DNA from: Candidatus Multivoradales bacterium
GTDB taxonomy: Bacteria; Acidobacteriota; Thermoanaerobaculia; Multivoradales; Multivoraceae
Assembly (NCBI GenBank): GCA_965223325.1
Contig: CBDCWI010000001.1
Coordinates: 640,001-704,000 of the forward strand
Length of the DNA stretch: 64,000 nucleotides
Direction: 5' to 3'
The notes beneath the pieces are model-generated. The model saw only the letters and a program-made list of their open reading frames with translations, did not search any database and was not told the origin of the DNA. How positions within the stretch are numbered: the stretch's first letter is position 1; each line of letters starts with the position of its first letter. The translations under genes and the position numbers were made by a program. Below, one piece after another: positions 60,537 through 64,000 of the stretch.

Positions 60537-62725
60537 GCCGACCGGGAGGAGGAGGCTTCGGCGGCACGACCGTCGACCGCAGAACGGTGGCGACCCTCTT
60601 GCGCCATGAGCTTCGCATGCTCATACGTTCAGGTCGCACGGTCCTGATCTCGATCGTTGTGCCGATTCTGATCCTGCCGGCGATGTTCTGGCTGCAGACC
60701 CGGTCGATGGAACGGCAGGTGGAGCGAAGTGCAAGGGGCGCCTACCAGTTCGCTGTCACCGGAAGCCAGACCGCCGACGCCGTTCTCTGGATCGAACGCG
60801 CAACCATCCTCGGCGAGGAGCAGACGGCGAGCGCTGCTCGGTCAATGCCTGGCCAACCGACGGCCGATCGCGCCACCTTCGAGCGAGTCGCCGTCGAAGG
60901 CGATCACCGGCGGGCCTACGACGACGGAGAAATCGACTTCTGGATCGAGACGACGACTCTCGGCGCCCTGCGCGCCGAAGCGACTGAGCAAGCTGACGAC
61001 GGCAGCAGCCACGAAAAGGACGCAGAAGAGAGCAGCCAGGAGAGCGACGAGAGTGAGCTCCCCGATGAAACCCCCGTCTTGCGTTTCAACCTGCGCGGCG
61101 ACGTCAGTTCATCGCAAAGCGGCGTGCAGATCCTCCGCAGGCGGCTCTCCGAGGTGCGCTCTTCGCTGCGCGCGGACCGTCTCGCTGCGGCGGGACTCGA
61201 CCTGCGCGGGTCGCTACCGTTCGAGTTCTCCCAGGTCGACCTGGCCAGGGCCGAAGAGGCGAGCGGTCTCCTGCTCGGCCGGTTCCTCACCAGCATTCTC
61301 CTGATGATGTTGATCTCGGGCGGTTCGATCGTCGCGATGGACAGCCTGGCCGGCGAGAAGGAACGCGGCACCCTGGAGACGCTTCTCACGTCGGCTGCCA
61401 GCCGTACCGAGATCGTCTCGGCAAAGAGCCTGGCGATTCTGTTGGTCGCCCTCTTCATCGCCACCGTCCAGGCCGCCAACCTCTTGATCTGGGTAGGACT
61501 CGGCATGCTGCCCCTTCCCCCAGGCATGGAGTTCTCGGTCTCGCCCATGCAAGCCGTCTTGCTCGGGGTGCTCTTTCTGCCCTTGGCAGCCCTGGTCGCC
61601 AGCACCCTGCTCCTGGTTTCGGGCCGAGCCCGGACCTATCGCGAAGCCCAGCTGTTCTTCTTCCCGGTGTTTCTAGTGCTCTTGTTGCCCAGTCTGGTGA
61701 CCGTCTTGCCGGCGCTCGAGCTGCGCTCGGCAATGGTTCTGGTGCCGATCTCGAACCTCGCCCTGGCGGTCAAGTCACTCCTCGCTGGCACGCCAGACTG
61801 GCCGATGACGGCGATCGCGTGGCTGGTCAACGCCGCCGTGGCAGCGGTGGTCGGCACTGTGACGCTCAAGTCGCTGACCAGCGAGCGCCTGATCACCACC
61901 AACGATCGCGACGAGGCAGATCTGGTGCGCGGTTCGGAGCTGCTCGGCCGGCACGTCGTCCGGCTGTTCCTGGTTGCCGGGGCGATCTACTTTGTCACCC
62001 AGCTCTTCTTCAGCGAAGAAACCGACCTGCGCTTCATGTTGCTGGTCAACATGACGATCATTTCGGTCCTGCCACTAGTGGTCGCGAGCCGCTACCGCAT
62101 CGCATGGCCGGAACTCCTGTCACTGCGCTCGCCTCGCCACCTGGTGTGGCTCGGCGTTGTGCTCGCTGCGCCCTTCGGGGTCTTCGCACTCTCGGTGGTC
62201 GCTAACGCCTGGTCGTCGTTTCTCGGAGTTTCCGACTCCTGGCTCGAGCAGTTCACCCGCGCGCTGTTGCCCGAACGCTACGGCTTGTTGACCCTGATCT
62301 TCTTCATCGCCGTGGTGCCGGCCATCTTGGAGGAACTGGCCTTCCGGGGTGTTCTTCTGCACGGCATCAGGCAACGCTTCGGTCCCCTCGCAACGATTCT
62401 GTTGACCGGCATCATGTTCGGTTTCTTTCATGTGACGTTGATGCGCATCGTGCCCACCGCCGTGCTCGGATTTCTGCTCGCCTGGCTGGTCCTTCGAACC
62501 GGCTCGATCTATCCCGCGATCATCTGGCACTTCCTCAACAACGCCACCGCGGTGCTCGCCGATCGGCTCGGTGGTGACAGAGAATTCACCTCGATGCATG
62601 TCGCCGGTGCCTGGGTGCCGTTCCTGGTCGGCCTGTCGATCATCTGGTTCGCCACCCGCAAAGACCCTCGTTCGCTGGGCTCCGACGGAAACGGCGACCT
62701 CATGCCTCAGTCGTTGAGTTCGTAG
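60533..62725 (+). CDS. NatB-like ABC-2 permease fused to CPBP (CAAX/Abi) intramembrane protease
   Basis: AGEKERGTLETLL permease motif; EELAFRG, FGFFH, HFLNN CPBP motifs. Confidence 0.9.
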   Translation: MSRPGGGGFGGTTVDRRTVATLLRHELRMLIRSGRTVLISIVVPILILPAMFWLQTRSMERQVERSARGAYQFAVTGSQTADAVLWIERATILGEEQTASAARSMPGQPTADRATFERVAVEGDHRRAYDDGEIDFWIETTTLGALRAEATEQADDGSSHEKDAEESSQESDESELPDETPVLRFNLRGDVSSSQSGVQILRRRLSEVRSSLRADRLAAAGLDLRGSLPFEFSQVDLARAEEASGLLLGRFLTSILLMMLISGGSIVAMDSLAGEKERGTLETLLTSAASRTEIVSAKSLAILLVALFIATVQAANLLIWVGLGMLPLPPGMEFSVSPMQAVLLGVLFLPLAALVASTLLLVSGRARTYREAQLFFFPVFLVLLLPSLVTVLPALELRSAMVLVPISNLALAVKSLLAGTPDWPMTAIAWLVNAAVAAVVGTVTLKSLTSERLITTNDRDEADLVRGSELLGRHVVRLFLVAGAIYFVTQLFFSEETDLRFMLLVNMTIISVLPLVVASRYRIAWPELLSLRSPRHLVWLGVVLAAPFGVFALSVVANAWSSFLGVSDSWLEQFTRALLPERYGLLTLIFFIAVVPAILEELAFRGVLLHGIRQRFGPLATILLTGIMFGFFHVTLMRIVPTAVLGFLLAWLVLRTGSIYPAIIWHFLNNATAVLADRLGGDREFTSMHVAGAWVPFLVGLSIIWFATRKDPRSLGSDGNGDLMPQSLSS

Positions 62726-63771
62726 CGCATGATCGCACCGTGGGGGCTCGTTCGATCGCGCTCGAGGCCGTAGACCGGACCGAGCGGGCCACGCGCTTGG
62801 CCGAACAGCCCTTCGATTTCAGCCACCAGACCAGCGTCGATCGGCGCTTCGAGCGCTCTTCGGTTGGCGGCGAAGCGTTGCGGCTCTTGTTGCCCAACGA
62901 TCACCGCTCGAACGGCCTGGCGCTCGAGGACCGAACGAATCGCCAGGGTCGCCAGGTCGACTTCTGGGCACTCCTGGGCCAGCCGAACCGACGCCCGCCG
63001 CAGCCGTTCCTGAAAGCGCTCCCAGCCGCCGGCCTCTTCGATGATCAAGCGATACTTCACCAGCGAACGGTTCGCGAGGTCTCGGAAGCCCGGGTCAGGC
63101 TCTCCCTGCCAGCGCTCGGCGAGGAAGCCCCCGGCCAACACGCCATAGGGCAGGATGTGGATACCTGACTGCCGGCACAGAGCAGCCAAGCACAGAGCGG
63201 GACGCTGGTCCAGCAATGAGTACTGCACCTGAACGGTGGCGACGTCGAGGCCCGCGTCCAGGAGTTCCTGGAGGTGCGCCGCGTCGTAGTTGGTGACTCC
63301 CGCCAGCCGCACCTTGCCCGCTTGCCGTAGGTCGTTGAGCCAGCCGTAGGCCTCGACGTGCCCTGGAATCGCGAAATCCCACCAGTGAAGCTGGACCAGG
63401 TCGATGCGTTCCACCGCCAAGCGCCGGAGCGAGCGATCAACGATGCGCTCGACGTAGGCGCGATCGAGGGTCGGCAGTCGCGAAAGATCGGGAACCAGCT
63501 TGGTGTGGACCTGTAGAGCGTCGGGGTCTGGGCCGAGGCGGCGCCGCAGATGACCGAGCAGCTCTTCGACCCCCGTGTAGATGTCGGCGCAGTCGAAGGT
63601 CGTTGCCCCCTGATGGGCGAGCTTCTCGAGGGCACGCAGGCGTTCGGCACTGGTCGCCGGTCGAGGATCGCGCGCGTGTCCGGCAGACCACTGCCAGCCG
63701 CCGCAGATCAGCCGACAGATCGAGTAGCCGGACACCAGCTCAACCCGCAACGACAGAACTTCGGCGTTCAA
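62707..63771 (-). CDS. Aldo/keto reductase
   Basis: GGWQ, FDCADIY, HTK, SLRRL...IDLVQLH, QVQYSLLD. Confidence 0.9.
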   Translation of the reverse strand: MNAEVLSLRVELVSGYSICRLICGGWQWSAGHARDPRPATSAERLRALEKLAHQGATTFDCADIYTGVEELLGHLRRRLGPDPDALQVHTKLVPDLSRLPTLDRAYVERIVDRSLRRLAVERIDLVQLHWWDFAIPGHVEAYGWLNDLRQAGKVRLAGVTNYDAAHLQELLDAGLDVATVQVQYSLLDQRPALCLAALCRQSGIHILPYGVLAGGFLAERWQGEPDPGFRDLANRSLVKYRLIIEEAGGWERFQERLRRASVRLAQECPEVDLATLAIRSVLERQAVRAVIVGQQEPQRFAANRRALEAPIDAGLVAEIEGLFGQARGPLGPVYGLERDRTSPHGAIMRYELND

Positions 63772-64000
63772 TCGCCCCCCGGAGACGAAAGCGGCACGAC
63801 GGTCGTCTCGGCGTGGCTGAACGTGCGCTCGCCGACGCGTTCGACCTTGAACCGCGCGCCGCAGTTCGGATCAGGGCAGGCGATGAGCGCGTCGGTCGTC
63901 ATCCAGTCGTTGGCGTCTGTCAAGCGCTGTTTGGCCGGCAGGAGAGGCAGGAGCGCAGCCAACGCGTACATCGAAAAGGGCTGTTCAGCGGGAAAGCGCA
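63768..64000 (-). CDS. TIGR04076-family protein, C-terminal part (5' end outside window)
   Basis: FSMYALAALLPLLPAKQR...DWM..D..IACPDPNCG; frame open to the window edge. Confidence 0.75.
   Translation of the reverse strand, partial: RFPAEQPFSMYALAALLPLLPAKQRLTDANDWMTTDALIACPDPNCGARFKVERVGERTFSHAETTVVPLSSPGGD

Overview
High-GC bacterial chromosomal segment, probably Acidobacteriota (Thermoanaerobaculia-like). This is inferred from an ADOP-type duplicated permease and a C-terminal IFADDFE motif, not from a phylogeny. About 45 genes, mostly housekeeping or metabolic: ileS (5'-truncated) and leuS, a 1524-aa repeat-rich surface protein, polX, an acyl-CoA dehydrogenase, a PA0069-type radical SAM, a stand-alone rpsD, kbp, dodecin, a haloalkane dehalogenase, an orphan molybdoenzyme large subunit, an Hpt protein plus hybrid histidine kinase, a GT-C-like membrane protein, a ThDP enzyme divergent from an acyl-CoA ligase, egtB, arsC, an S1 protease, aceE-aceF-lpdA, pnuC, a TPP riboswitch with thiC, and ABC exporters. 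No rRNA, tRNA, CRISPR, transposase or prophage was seen. The most interesting signals are non-coding: (1) two matching sigma-54 promoters converging on the Hpt/kinase locus, one driving a gene-less C-rich ~300-nt region (candidate sigma-54 sRNA); (2) a TPP riboswitch with a large hairpin inserted in its pyrophosphate-sensing junction; (3) a three-copy intergenic repeat built on ~11-bp-phased CCCGGG units; (4) several apparently leaderless genes; (5) a perfect 18-bp palindrome before aceE. All family calls come from motif recognition by eye; no searches were run.
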